Of a stretch of 59,342 bases of DNA, positions 1-8,952 are shown piece by piece; the stretch's first letter is position 1; every line of letters begins with the position of its first letter. The translations under genes were made by a program, and so were the position numbers. The notes under the pieces were generated by a model. That model did not search any database. It was given only the letters and a program-made list of their open reading frames with translations, and had not been told where the DNA came from. The DNA comes from a virus. Lineage: Duplodnaviria > Caudoviricetes. The stretch lies in the IMG/VR virus record IMGVR_UViG_3300030419_004548, positions 1-59,342 of that record. The stretch is one strand, 5' to 3'.

Positions 1-29
1 ATTTGAGGTTTGTCAAAAATAACAAAAAA

Positions 30-767
30 TTAGAACTTCTTAGGTATACTGATATCTCCCCAATTAAACTCTTCTACTTTAGTTTTAATCTCTTTCTTAT
101 CTTGTTCTTCTATCTGCTTGTCTATCTCTTCTGTCTTCTCGTTTAGTATCTCTTCGAACTTATCAGTATAGTGTTCAATCGAGGCTTCCATTCTCTTTTG
201 TTTAGTCATTTTATACATTGGTCTATCTAAAAGAAAATAACAATTATAACATAACATACGTAAGTTATCTATTGAATGATTGTGATGGTCTTTATCTAAG
301 AAATCTATCAGTAAACTTATCTTGTTATCCCGGACACGTTTCTTACTATAGTTACATTCATAACAAACGTCTATTAACTTCTTTTCTCTAAGTAATAGCC
401 ATTGTAGTTTCTGTATAGAATAATTTGGGTGCTTGCCATCTAATATATCGTTAGCTCGTTGATTCCAATCGAAGTGTAATACTTGTTTCGAGGGGCCACT
501 ATGTTTAGCTACTTTGAACAGATTATATTGTGTAGCATACTTTTTGAAAGTGTTGTAACTTATATTAAGTAAACGAGCAGCTTGTGTCATAGACTCTGTG
601 TTATGAATGGCCCATTCTATTCGTGACTTAGATAACTGAAGCCCCTTGTAAGTAGGCACTTTAAGAATACGATAGTCTTTTGTCATCTTTAACACTTTTG
701 TTCTATCAAAAGTCTCAGATTTTTCTTGACTTTCGTCAGGAATGGAGGTATTAGTATTTTCACTCAT
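30..767 (-). CDS. HTH plus HNH-like (zinc-binding) protein
   Basis: N-terminal HTH-like SMTQAARLLNISYNTFKKYA; CxxC (CYEC), then LIDFLDKDHHNHSIDNLRMLCYNC resembles the HNH motif, but with F at the usual catalytic H. Confidence 0.7.
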   Translation of the reverse strand: MSENTNTSIPDESQEKSETFDRTKVLKMTKDYRILKVPTYKGLQLSKSRIEWAIHNTESMTQAARLLNISYNTFKKYATQYNLFKVAKHSGPSKQVLHFDWNQRANDILDGKHPNYSIQKLQWLLLREKKLIDVCYECNYSKKRVRDNKISLLIDFLDKDHHNHSIDNLRMLCYNCYFLLDRPMYKMTKQKRMEASIEHYTDKFEEILNEKTEEIDKQIEEQDKKEIKTKVEEFNWGDISIPKKF

Positions 768-789
768 ATATAGTATCTGTTTTCTTAGT

Positions 790-799
790 TATATAAATA
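790..799 (-). promoter_or_regulatory. Putative phage promoter motif TATTTATATA
   Basis: Same 10-mer at four intergenic sites; here 22 nt upstream of the ATG at 767. Confidence 0.55.
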
Positions 800-926
800 A
801 ATAGATATGTAACTAATAATATTGATACTTTTATGATATATCAAGTTTAAGACTATTATATAAGAGTTGGCTAATCGTCAGTTGTGCTTTAGCACAAAAG
901 GTGCTATATCAAAGAGTTAGACGTAC

Positions 927-1079
927 TCAATGTATATCAGATATAGTATATCCTAATACTACAAAATACAGATATAAAATACTCACGAACACAAAACAAG
1001 CAGTCTTGAAGTATATCCAATTTATATCAGATTGAGTTACTTGTTTCTTTCTCTTTTCTACTTTATCCCAATTATTCAT
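927..1079 (-). CDS. Small membrane protein (50 aa)
   Basis: Hand-translated MNNWDKVEKRKKQVTQSDINWIYFKTACFVFVSILYLYFVVLGYTISDIH; one TM segment; start overlaps the upstream ORF end. Confidence 0.6.
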   Translation of the reverse strand: MNNWDKVEKRKKQVTQSDINWIYFKTACFVFVSILYLYFVVLGYTISDIH

Positions 1080-1185
1080 TTTTCATCTTTTCTCTTTTTA
1101 CTTGAAGTTCATTAATCAAAAACTTAATTGCTTCTTGTACATCTGAATCAAGTGACTTGAATCGTTTTGTTATTTTCTTATTCAT
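1072..1185 (-). CDS. Small hypothetical protein (37 aa)
   Basis: Hand-translated MNKKITKRFKSLDSDVQEAIKFLINELQVKREKMKNE; TAATG coupling to the upstream ORF. Confidence 0.5.
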   Translation of the reverse strand: MNKKITKRFKSLDSDVQEAIKFLINELQVKREKMKNE

Positions 1186-1286
1186 TATAAATACATCACA
1201 TACATTGATATCATATAGCCTACTGATATGCCTATCGCAATTCCCATTATCATATAATGTATGTTATCTTTTTGATTATCACTCAT
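1185..1286 (-). CDS. Small membrane peptide (33 aa)
   Basis: MSDNQKDNIHYMIMGIAIGISVGYMISMYVMYL; GxxxGxxxG TM helix; ATGA coupling. Confidence 0.5.
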   Translation of the reverse strand: MSDNQKDNIHYMIMGIAIGISVGYMISMYVMYL

Positions 1287-1450
1287 AGTTTCTTAATACA
1301 ACGTTGAAATCTTTTTAGCACCTTTTTTATTATATGTTTCTTACTTGTGTTTCTATTAATCAGTAACATAGTTTGACTTCTTATGAGAGCTTCCTCTTGT
1401 TCACTCTGATGTGTTTTTGTTATAGTATCTAATATAATCATACTATTCAT
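1283..1450 (-). CDS. Small hypothetical protein (55 aa)
   Basis: MNSMIILDTITKTHQSEQEEALIRSQ...; GGAG upstream; ATGA coupling at both ends. Confidence 0.55.
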   Translation of the reverse strand: MNSMIILDTITKTHQSEQEEALIRSQTMLLINRNTSKKHIIKKVLKRFQRCIKKL

Positions 1451-1590
1451 TTTACTCTCCCTTTTTCACTAAATAACAATTTAGGAGGGCCAACTCTTCG
1501 TTTGAGTTCTAAGAGAGTTATCTCGATGTCTTTTTCGTCAAGTTTGATGTTTGGGATTATCTTTATTATCTCTTTTATTTTCTTTGTCAC
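1447..1590 (-). CDS. Small hypothetical protein (47 aa)
   Basis: GGAG followed by GTG start; MTKKIKEIIKIIPNIKLDEKDIEITLLELKRRVGPPKLLFSEKGRVK; stop overlaps the next ATG. Confidence 0.5.
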   Translation of the reverse strand: MTKKIKEIIKIIPNIKLDEKDIEITLLELKRRVGPPKLLFSEKGRVK

Positions 1591-1855
1591 TTTGTTTCTC
1601 CAAGTGTTTCATTTCGATTAAATACATTTTATCATCAATGTATATCCAACATGGAGCCACGATTTTCTCTTGTGTAATCTTGTTCTTGATTTTGATTAAC
1701 TCTTCTTTTGATAATTCAATATCACTTGAGAGTATGAAATCATTTTGAGATGTCTTCGAGAGTAGTGGATTGAAAGAAAACATTATTGTGTATAAGGACA
1801 CACATAACACTTTGAAAAGTATTTTTTTCGTAGTTAAGCTTCGTAGTTTCGTCAA
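1538..1855 (-). CDS. Hypothetical protein with N-terminal signal/TM segment
   Basis: Track ORF 1538..1921; a TTG at 1855 overlapping the upstream TGA is a more plausible start, giving a basic plus hydrophobic N-terminus. Confidence 0.45.
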   Translation of the reverse strand: MTKLRSLTTKKILFKVLCVSLYTIMFSFNPLLSKTSQNDFILSSDIELSKEELIKIKNKITQEKIVAPCWIYIDDKMYLIEMKHLEKQSDKENKRDNKDNPKHQT

Positions 1856-2133
1856 CCAAGTATGTCGTAGACCCACTTGCCAAAAACAGCTACTAAAGCT
1901 GATGTAATCATTGTTCTCCATTTCTTTGTATCTTCTCTGAATTGTGTATTTAATTTAGTCTCTGCCCATAAACCTTCGTGTGGATTGAATAAACTTTCTT
2001 TGATAAACTTTAAGTTCTCATCTGTTTTTTGATGAGCATTATTCATAGACTGCTTTAGTTCTTCGATATCTTCTTTGATAGTATCTATCTTAGTATGAAT
2101 GATATCAAATTCTTTTCTGTCCGCCTGATTCAT
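1852..2133 (-). CDS. Coiled-coil protein with C-terminal TM helix (holin/XhlA-like architecture)
   Basis: Heptad pattern IHTKIDTIKEDIEELKQSM; C-terminal MITSALVAVFGKWVYDIL. Confidence 0.55.
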   Translation of the reverse strand: MNQADRKEFDIIHTKIDTIKEDIEELKQSMNNAHQKTDENLKFIKESLFNPHEGLWAETKLNTQFREDTKKWRTMITSALVAVFGKWVYDILG

Positions 2134-2181
2134 TTATTTCCCTTACGTTAGTTTCAATGTCTGTTGACAATAAATATAAAA

Positions 2182-2394
2182 CTAATTAGAAACTACATCA
2201 ACTATTTTAGATTTTTTTGAAGAAACTACTTCATAGCTGTACGGACTCTCACTTAAAAAGTCATATGTCATAGCTTCTGATGCTGTAACACTCTGTGCTT
2301 GTACTAAATACTTTCTTCTTACTTTTCTTATTTTGATGCCACTCTTTGTTGATACTTCTTCTTCAAAAACTACATCGACTTCATAGTATTCCAT
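2182..2394 (-). CDS. DUF4494-like protein
   Basis: YYEVDV...RKVRRKYLVQAQSVTASEA...YEVVSSKKSKIVDV matches the DUF4494 pattern as recalled. Confidence 0.6.
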   Translation of the reverse strand: MEYYEVDVVFEEEVSTKSGIKIRKVRRKYLVQAQSVTASEAMTYDFLSESPYSYEVVSSKKSKIVDVVSN

Positions 2395-2397
2395 TTT

Positions 2398-2667
2398 CTA
2401 TTCTCCTGATTTAGTTATCGGGGCTTCTACGTCAAGATATGTCTCTTCTTCTTTCCACCACTCGTATTGTTTATTTTCTCTATTAGCTAATTCTAATTCT
2501 CTGTGATATTGTTCTTGACTTTTTACTTTCCAAAGTTTGTCAAAAGACTTTTCATCTATTTGTTTTCTTTTTCTAAAATAAGTTTTAGCGCCTGAGACAC
2601 CCACGCCGGAAGCTATTTCAACTACATCAACTACTTCATCTGTTTTATTAATTAAGACCCATTTCAT
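2398..2667 (-). CDS. Hypothetical phage protein
   Basis: ORF; ATG at 2667 coupled (TGATG) to the upstream small ORF, with GGAG upstream. Confidence 0.65.
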   Translation of the reverse strand: MKWVLINKTDEVVDVVEIASGVGVSGAKTYFRKRKQIDEKSFDKLWKVKSQEQYHRELELANRENKQYEWWKEEETYLDVEAPITKSGE

Positions 2668-2819
2668 CAAACTCTCCCTTGACCTCTGTATTTCTTCTTG
2701 AATCTTTTCGAATTTACTCTTGTACTAAACTTAGTGCCTCGTCCCTGTCCTTGTCGTGTCTTCTTACGAGCTTTTGTTTCTTTGCCTACTCTAACATTTA
2801 TACTTTTTGCTTTTGCCAT
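2667..2819 (-). CDS. Small highly basic protein ending KKYRGQGR (50 aa)
   Basis: Hand-translated MAKAKSINVRVGKETKARKKTRQGQGRGTKFSTRVNSKRFKKKYRGQGRV; GGAG upstream; fills the gap exactly. Confidence 0.75.
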   Translation of the reverse strand: MAKAKSINVRVGKETKARKKTRQGQGRGTKFSTRVNSKRFKKKYRGQGRV

Positions 2820-2822
2820 CTT

Positions 2823-3371
2823 TTACTCCAAACTTATTTTTATTGTATCTATCAACCCTTCTACATCATATGTACTAACATACACATCATATACTAAAAT
2901 TAAAGTGTCTCCTATCATAGATTGAACAGGAGCTATCATATTTCTTGTCGTGCCATCTTCATCTGTCAAACTGCTGTAGTTTGTTGTAGGCACTAAATCG
3001 TGTAGACTTCCACCTATTACATAACTTGTATCGTATGTATTATATGTCATATTATCAGTTAGCCATCTATGTGTGAAATAGCCTATTGTATCATTTAAAC
3101 TCCAAAATAAATTAGACTTAAAATCAATATCAGCATACTCTACAAGATGTCCATCTACTTTTACTAAAAAATCTATAGGATGTATTGTTTGCCAATTTTC
3201 TCTATTCATCTGAAGTTCATAAACTCCATCGTTGTCAATATCAGGCATATTACAATATGGCTCTACTTCTAATACAGATTGATTCATTTCTACATCTGCA
3301 CATCCTATCATAAATAAGATTGGAAGACTAATTATGCTTTTTACGAATGCCAAAATCTTTTGATTTCTCAT
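2823..3371 (-). CDS. Putative lipoprotein
   Basis: Basic N-terminus, hydrophobic stretch, lipobox-like MIGC; beta-rich acidic body. Confidence 0.6.
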   Translation of the reverse strand: MRNQKILAFVKSIISLPILFMIGCADVEMNQSVLEVEPYCNMPDIDNDGVYELQMNRENWQTIHPIDFLVKVDGHLVEYADIDFKSNLFWSLNDTIGYFTHRWLTDNMTYNTYDTSYVIGGSLHDLVPTTNYSSLTDEDGTTRNMIAPVQSMIGDTLILVYDVYVSTYDVEGLIDTIKISLE

Positions 3372-3480
3372 TTTTCTTTTCCTTTTGTTTTTTCTTAGTT
3401 TTATGTTTGACTTTAATATTTTGTCTGAATGAGTCTTCCATCATTTCATCTTCATATTTTTCCCAATCTATATTAGCCAT
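3328..3480 (-). CDS. Small acidic-then-basic protein (50 aa)
   Basis: Hand-translated MANIDWEKYEDEMMEDSFRQNIKVKHKTKKKQKEKKNEKSKDFGIRKKHN; GAGG upstream. Confidence 0.5.
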   Translation of the reverse strand: MANIDWEKYEDEMMEDSFRQNIKVKHKTKKKQKEKKNEKSKDFGIRKKHN

Positions 3481-3733
3481 TTTCTACTACCTCTATGTCA
3501 GTTATGTATGTAATAAAATCATCAGCAGTATACTCTGAGCCCTGGTCATCTCTTATTCGAATCTGTCTGATGAGTTCAGGCTTTTTTTCACATATCATTA
3601 GAAAATTATGTAACATTTGTAATCCTCCATATGAATAGAATTTGCCAAATGATAATTCACCCATTTCTATCCAATCTTTATCTTCTGTCAATTTCATATA
3701 GAAAGAGGCTGATATGTTCTTAGCGTCACTCAT
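3473..3733 (-). CDS. Hypothetical protein
   Basis: ORF with GTG start coupled to the upstream gene. Confidence 0.6.
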   Translation of the reverse strand: MSDAKNISASFYMKLTEDKDWIEMGELSFGKFYSYGGLQMLHNFLMICEKKPELIRQIRIRDDQGSEYTADDFITYITDIEVVENG

Positions 3734-4947
3734 TTACATACTGAATTTACTAACGTATCCACCTGATTGTCAAGTGTTTTTGTTTTTATTTTAAAAATAT
3801 CTAATATAAAATCAGAATCAGGTTCTCCACTTTCTTGTAAGATATTGGGTAGCTGTAGAAATATCTGTGTAAAGTTTGTATTGTTTAACATACTAACATC
3901 AAACTCTATTAATACATCATTGAATGGTTTGACTTCAAATGTTGCTAATTTAGAACCCAAATCGTAATTAGTATCAGGCTGTTCTTTCTCAATATAATCT
4001 TTAAATAAAGAATCATCTTTTAGATATACGTGATTACAATATGGCTCTAACTCATACAATAATGGAGCTGTACAATTATGTAAGATGAATCCAATATCAT
4101 ACTTAGGAGGTATAATAGGCTTTAATAAATTAGTATGATTAACCATCGAGCCCCATTTTCTAATAAAGTTTCTTGTACTTCTTAGATTCTGTTTTAGCCA
4201 TTCTACAGACTCTCTGTTTTTCATAAAGACTTGACCATCAGGATTTCTCTTAGCGCCATCTTTGAATCGTGAGCCTCTACAAGTCATATGATATACATAG
4301 CCTTGCCAAGTCTGTATAAACTCATATCCTGCTAACATAAATCTGTTGAATATGTCTGAGTCTTCTTTTGATTGAGGAGCGAACAGAGGGTCGTGTCCAT
4401 GTATTCGTGTAAAGTCATCTTTCATTATACACCAAGGAGCAAAGATGCCATCAGTATATTTTTCATCTGAATAATCAGCATCGTCTTGTAGCCATTTTAA
4501 TAATTCTTCTTCTTTAAACTCTTCAGGCTCGATGCCAAAATCTACTAATACTTTCTCAGGCCCATCAGGATGAAGAGGAGGTTCAATTCTTGTAAGTGAA
4601 ACTACTCTACCTGGCTCTAATAATTTATCTATTTCATTGTCAGCATTAGGACATAAGTACATATCTGCGTGAAATATCATTACTCTATCGTGAGTAGCAT
4701 ATTCGTAAACTAATGTATCATATAGAATAGTGTGTCCAAGTCTTTCAGGACCTTCGTTGATGTGAAGTTTTACATTCTCATCTTCTTTCATTATCTCTTG
4801 TACCCATTCAACCGTTCCATCTGTACTTGCATCTGATGCTATACAAATCTCGTGTTGATGTTCAGAGTTTTCTCTGATACTTCGATATGCTTGTTTTAAA
4901 TATTTTAAATTGTTTCTACTTGGTAGAATAAAACTTATTAAATTCAT
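3730..4947 (-). CDS. Glycosyltransferase family 2 with C-terminal extension
   Basis: ISFILPSRNN, DASTDGT, HADM (DxD equivalent), EDSDIFNR. Confidence 0.85.
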   Translation of the reverse strand: MNLISFILPSRNNLKYLKQAYRSIRENSEHQHEICIASDASTDGTVEWVQEIMKEDENVKLHINEGPERLGHTILYDTLVYEYATHDRVMIFHADMYLCPNADNEIDKLLEPGRVVSLTRIEPPLHPDGPEKVLVDFGIEPEEFKEEELLKWLQDDADYSDEKYTDGIFAPWCIMKDDFTRIHGHDPLFAPQSKEDSDIFNRFMLAGYEFIQTWQGYVYHMTCRGSRFKDGAKRNPDGQVFMKNRESVEWLKQNLRSTRNFIRKWGSMVNHTNLLKPIIPPKYDIGFILHNCTAPLLYELEPYCNHVYLKDDSLFKDYIEKEQPDTNYDLGSKLATFEVKPFNDVLIEFDVSMLNNTNFTQIFLQLPNILQESGEPDSDFILDIFKIKTKTLDNQVDTLVNSVCK

Positions 4948-5843
4948 TATGGTCTAATCTCCTCTACTACTCTATGCCAAGGATAAAGTTGATTTTCATC
5001 TTTTTTAACTACTGCACGTCCTTCCATCTCTTCCCAATCTCTTTTTATTCGTACTTCATCGTTAGTATCTTTAGCACCTCGTAATACGTGATTAGGAGTC
5101 TGTAACTCTTCTGTCAAAGATATCATAGCTCTTATATCTTTAGGAAAACAATGTCCTCCATAGCCAAAATCTTCATCAGGGCCTGGGACTTGCCAATGTG
5201 AAGGCCCTAATCTTTCATCAAGTGTAGCATACTCAACTATTTTGTCATAATCTATTTGTAGTCTTTCACATACTTTATACATTTCATTTGCAAATGCTAC
5301 TTTGACGGTTAGAAAATTATTAGTAAGATACTTTATCATCTCAGCATATGTTGCATCTGTTTTGATTATATGTGCTGTAGGAAATGCTTTACTAAACATA
5401 ACTCTTAATTTATCAGTTCCATTTCTATCACCGCCTAATATAATTCGTGTTTGATTTTTGAAATCTTCTATTGAATTTGCTTCAGTAAGAAACTCAGGAC
5501 TAAATATTATTGTATTGTTTTTATATTGATAATTTAAAAATGATGTAGTTCCCGGCGGTATCGTAGACTTTATAACTACTATCTTGTTGTTAGTATATTC
5601 ATCAAGTTCTTTTACAACTTCTTCTACATAGCCTGTGTGACACGTGCCATCTTCTTTCATCGGTGTAGGAACACATACAAAAATAATTTCAGAATACTCT
5701 GCTAATATTTGTAAATTAGCAACACCGAGTCTCTTTACATTTACTTGAGTGTCTTTATCATAACAGAATAATTTGTGATGTTTTTTAAGACCCTCGAAGA
5801 CAGCAGTTCCTACGAATCCCTGTCCAACTACTCCTACTTTCAC
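4947..5843 (-). CDS. UDP-glucose/GDP-mannose dehydrogenase family (short form)
   Basis: GQGFVG Rossmann motif, CVPTP, KSTIPPGT, SPEFLTE, GYGGHCFPKD. Confidence 0.9.
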   Translation of the reverse strand: MKVGVVGQGFVGTAVFEGLKKHHKLFCYDKDTQVNVKRLGVANLQILAEYSEIIFVCVPTPMKEDGTCHTGYVEEVVKELDEYTNNKIVVIKSTIPPGTTSFLNYQYKNNTIIFSPEFLTEANSIEDFKNQTRIILGGDRNGTDKLRVMFSKAFPTAHIIKTDATYAEMIKYLTNNFLTVKVAFANEMYKVCERLQIDYDKIVEYATLDERLGPSHWQVPGPDEDFGYGGHCFPKDIRAMISLTEELQTPNHVLRGAKDTNDEVRIKRDWEEMEGRAVVKKDENQLYPWHRVVEEIRP

Positions 5844-6622
5844 GATTTCATATCCTCCATCATAACTAACTTTGCAACTTTGTTATAACTGAAAGTTTCA
5901 TTATTATCAAAATGTTCAGTAGCATACTTCTCAAAATCTGCATCATATTTTGAATCATAATAAATATTAGACTCCCAATACGTTTTCAAATCTTCGTATG
6001 TTGGCAAAGTTATTGTATTTATAAAGTCATTGGTTGTAACATAATGATAATTGTCATATGCAAACTTTCTAACATCATCCATAAAAGAATAAGAAGATTT
6101 CATTATAGAATCATCTAACTCTACATACTGATTTAAGAATTTGAACCAATCTTTATTATTGTCGCCATATGGTCCAATGATTGCAATTCTTCCATTCTCT
6201 TTTATTCTTTTCTTCAATAACTCTAATAAACTAATCGAATCTTTTGAATAGTAAAAAGCATATAGTGAATAAATAAGATTAAATTTATCACCACCGATTG
6301 GTGCAGAAGGTGTGTTTATTTCATCCATACTAAAATGATGATAACTCAAATTATCAGCTACATTTACTTTTGATTTTTGAATCATTTTCTCATCATAATC
6401 AATCCCTACACATTGTCCACTTGTCATTGAAGATATTTCTTTTAGATGTCTACCATCTCCACAGCCTATATCTAAAACATCTTCAGAATCTTTTACTTTT
6501 AATTGTTTCATTAACCAAGATTGTAAATCATTATTTCCGTATCCATTATTGATATTCAATCTGTTAGTCAATCCATCAATATTATCTTTAAAGTCTTTAC
6601 ACTCTTTTTGTTCTTTACTCAT
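5840..6622 (-). CDS. Class I SAM-dependent methyltransferase
   Basis: VLDIGCGDG motif I, GID. Confidence 0.85.
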   Translation of the reverse strand: MSKEQKECKDFKDNIDGLTNRLNINNGYGNNDLQSWLMKQLKVKDSEDVLDIGCGDGRHLKEISSMTSGQCVGIDYDEKMIQKSKVNVADNLSYHHFSMDEINTPSAPIGGDKFNLIYSLYAFYYSKDSISLLELLKKRIKENGRIAIIGPYGDNNKDWFKFLNQYVELDDSIMKSSYSFMDDVRKFAYDNYHYVTTNDFINTITLPTYEDLKTYWESNIYYDSKYDADFEKYATEHFDNNETFSYNKVAKLVMMEDMKS

Positions 6623-7284
6623 TATATCTCCATATCTTTTAAGAAATTAATTACATATTTTGTTAGTTCTCTCACTTGAGGTCTCATTAATTCGTATTCG
6701 TGTGTCATCACACATACCGGTTTATTAGAAGTCACTAATTCTACTAATTTATCTGCAACTTCCCAAGGTTCCAATCCAACTAAATTTTCTGTACGAAGTG
6801 ATGTTCTTACAAAGTTAAGTCCTTGATAATTACATTGACCTTTTTCACTCATCGACTCTTTTAATTCAATAGGTAGTCTCCATAATAATGCGTCTTTGTC
6901 TGTAGTAAATAACGTATCTACACCTCTCTGTAAAAAATAATCAGATAGTTCATATGATTCAGAAAAATAATGTAAACGTGTTTGATTACTTCTTTCATAT
7001 CCAATTCTTTGAAACTCATAATAAATGTCATTAAAAACAGATTTCTGTTCTTCAGGAACTTGTACATATGGCGGAGTCTCTCTATCTAATCCGTGTACAT
7101 TAAATTCAACGTGACCATTAAAATGATTGTTAGTAATATCACATAAAGTTTTCTCACCATCTTGATAGAAACAATACAAGTCTACAGGATGTACAACATC
7201 CATTTCATTTACAAACTGAACCAACGGATGTGTTTCATCGAACAATGAATCAAATACATCGTCTACTGAAAAGTGAAAGTCCAT
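6622..7284 (-). CDS. Polysaccharide deacetylase (NodB)-like protein
   Basis: FSVDDV, VHG, RLHYF, THEYE motifs. Confidence 0.55.
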   Translation of the reverse strand: MDFHFSVDDVFDSLFDETHPLVQFVNEMDVVHPVDLYCFYQDGEKTLCDITNNHFNGHVEFNVHGLDRETPPYVQVPEEQKSVFNDIYYEFQRIGYERSNQTRLHYFSESYELSDYFLQRGVDTLFTTDKDALLWRLPIELKESMSEKGQCNYQGLNFVRTSLRTENLVGLEPWEVADKLVELVTSNKPVCVMTHEYELMRPQVRELTKYVINFLKDMEI

Positions 7285-8216
7285 TAAAATATTTCTCTCA
7301 TATGTTGTAACACTTTGCTATAGTCTTGATAACCTCTCTGTAAAATATCATCTCTTAAATCTACTACAGGATGTATAGTCGCATCTGATAATTGATTGAA
7401 ATATGAATTTTCATCAAAGTATCCTGGTCTTGTATCTCCTGATGCATTTATGTAAATAATCACAGGCTTTCCGAAGTAACTACATAGTATACTCGAACCA
7501 CCTCCACGTGAAAAGAACCCTTCTGCTCTGCTAAATATTTTAAGTTGAGATTCATTGTAACTTTTGTTTATATTAATAATTATATCGTCAATCTTGTAAA
7601 CGTTAGAATAATGTTCACATAATTCAAAATCTGTCATTTTTCCAAAGCCATCTACATCAGCTGATATATCTCTACCTTGCCATTCATTCATATCTATAAC
7701 AAATTCAGTATTTCTTGGTCTTTTGTATATTACCGAATATCCTTTATCTGTAAGATAATTAAATATTTCATACAAACACTTGATATCGAAATAACCGATT
7801 GGTTTTTCTCCATGTTCTAAATTATAACTATTTTGTACAACTATAAACTTTTCGGGTAAATCTAAATCTGCATCGTAATAATGTTCTTTGTATGGTGGCG
7901 GTGTCCACTCTGAATAATCTAACCATGCATTTGCTTTCATTTTTTCTTCTTCAGTAAGTTCACTATACTTTTTGCCAAAGTGTGCTTGTGTATTGTGATG
8001 TATCCATTTGTTGGGTAAATTCTGTACACCATTTGTTCTGTTGTCTACACTTCTTTCATTATATCGTTCTTCTACATCATCACAAAAATAGTAAAAAGGT
8101 TTCATTCCTTTTGGAATAATACATTTTTCTAATTTACCTTTTGTATGTAAATAATAAGCATATGGAATAGAACAAGCTAACTCATATCCAAATTCAGGTT
8201 TGACATCAATTATCAT
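7284..8216 (-). CDS. Putative glycosyltransferase (GT-B-like)
   Basis: C-terminal IFSRAEGFFSRGGGSSILCSYFGKPVIIY resembles the GT-B nucleotide-binding end; lies within the sugar cluster. Confidence 0.5.
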   Translation of the reverse strand: MIIDVKPEFGYELACSIPYAYYLHTKGKLEKCIIPKGMKPFYYFCDDVEERYNERSVDNRTNGVQNLPNKWIHHNTQAHFGKKYSELTEEEKMKANAWLDYSEWTPPPYKEHYYDADLDLPEKFIVVQNSYNLEHGEKPIGYFDIKCLYEIFNYLTDKGYSVIYKRPRNTEFVIDMNEWQGRDISADVDGFGKMTDFELCEHYSNVYKIDDIIININKSYNESQLKIFSRAEGFFSRGGGSSILCSYFGKPVIIYINASGDTRPGYFDENSYFNQLSDATIHPVVDLRDDILQRGYQDYSKVLQHMREIF

Positions 8217-8952
8217 AAAACTCTCTCAACTCTTTTAACTGCTCATATATCGGTTTCATATCATAACCACCTGTCAAGCATTTATTAGGCATATCTTTAT
8301 CATTACGTTTTACTTCAATCTCTTTATCATATGCTCTGTTTATCTCTAACAATAACTCATACTTAGAAATACATTGTGAGTGTAATACATTCTCTATTGG
8401 ATACAAATCTAAATCATCAATCATTAGTTGCTCACAAAACTTAGCCCACTCTAAAGTAGTATTTCCATTCCACAGAGCTTGTGAAAATCCATATACAGAT
8501 TCTTCATTCAAAAACCATCCTAATAAACTATTTGTTTGTCCATTTAATTCGTGTCCAATAATAGAAGTTTTAATTATTATAGTTCTTCGACCATGAGCTT
8601 TTATATAATCAGATGCTATCTTTTTTGACTTACCATAGAAGTCATCATCCATTTCACAATCAGTTCCTGGATGTATTATTCTCACCCATTGTTTCCATTC
8701 ATATGTATCTAACCAAATAGGTAGTTCATAATTTATTCTCAAATCAGATGTTTCTTCTGCTACGTGTTTTTGTGGTATATGTCCAATACAATTTACTACA
8801 AAATTACCATCAAAAGCTCCTATCTTTTCTTTAAATTCAGGTGATGGCCAATGTTCTTCAATATGTACAATTTTGTGATTCAAAGAATTACTCAGATATT
8901 TTGATACAGCATTACCCAACATCCCTTTATGTCCTAATACTAATATTTTCAC
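8206..8952 (-). CDS. dTDP-4-dehydrorhamnose reductase (RmlD)-like SDR
   Basis: GHKGMLG, VNCIG, TDC, YGKSK, WNGNT. Confidence 0.8.
   Translation of the reverse strand: MKILVLGHKGMLGNAVSKYLSNSLNHKIVHIEEHWPSPEFKEKIGAFDGNFVVNCIGHIPQKHVAEETSDLRINYELPIWLDTYEWKQWVRIIHPGTDCEMDDDFYGKSKKIASDYIKAHGRRTIIIKTSIIGHELNGQTNSLLGWFLNEESVYGFSQALWNGNTTLEWAKFCEQLMIDDLDLYPIENVLHSQCISKYELLLEINRAYDKEIEVKRNDKDMPNKCLTGGYDMKPIYEQLKELREFYDN

Noticed and set aside
2164-2192. Plus-strand TTGACA-N17-TAGAAA promoter
   Set aside because: Weak -10 with no credible plus-strand gene downstream; it overlaps a variant of the minus-strand motif
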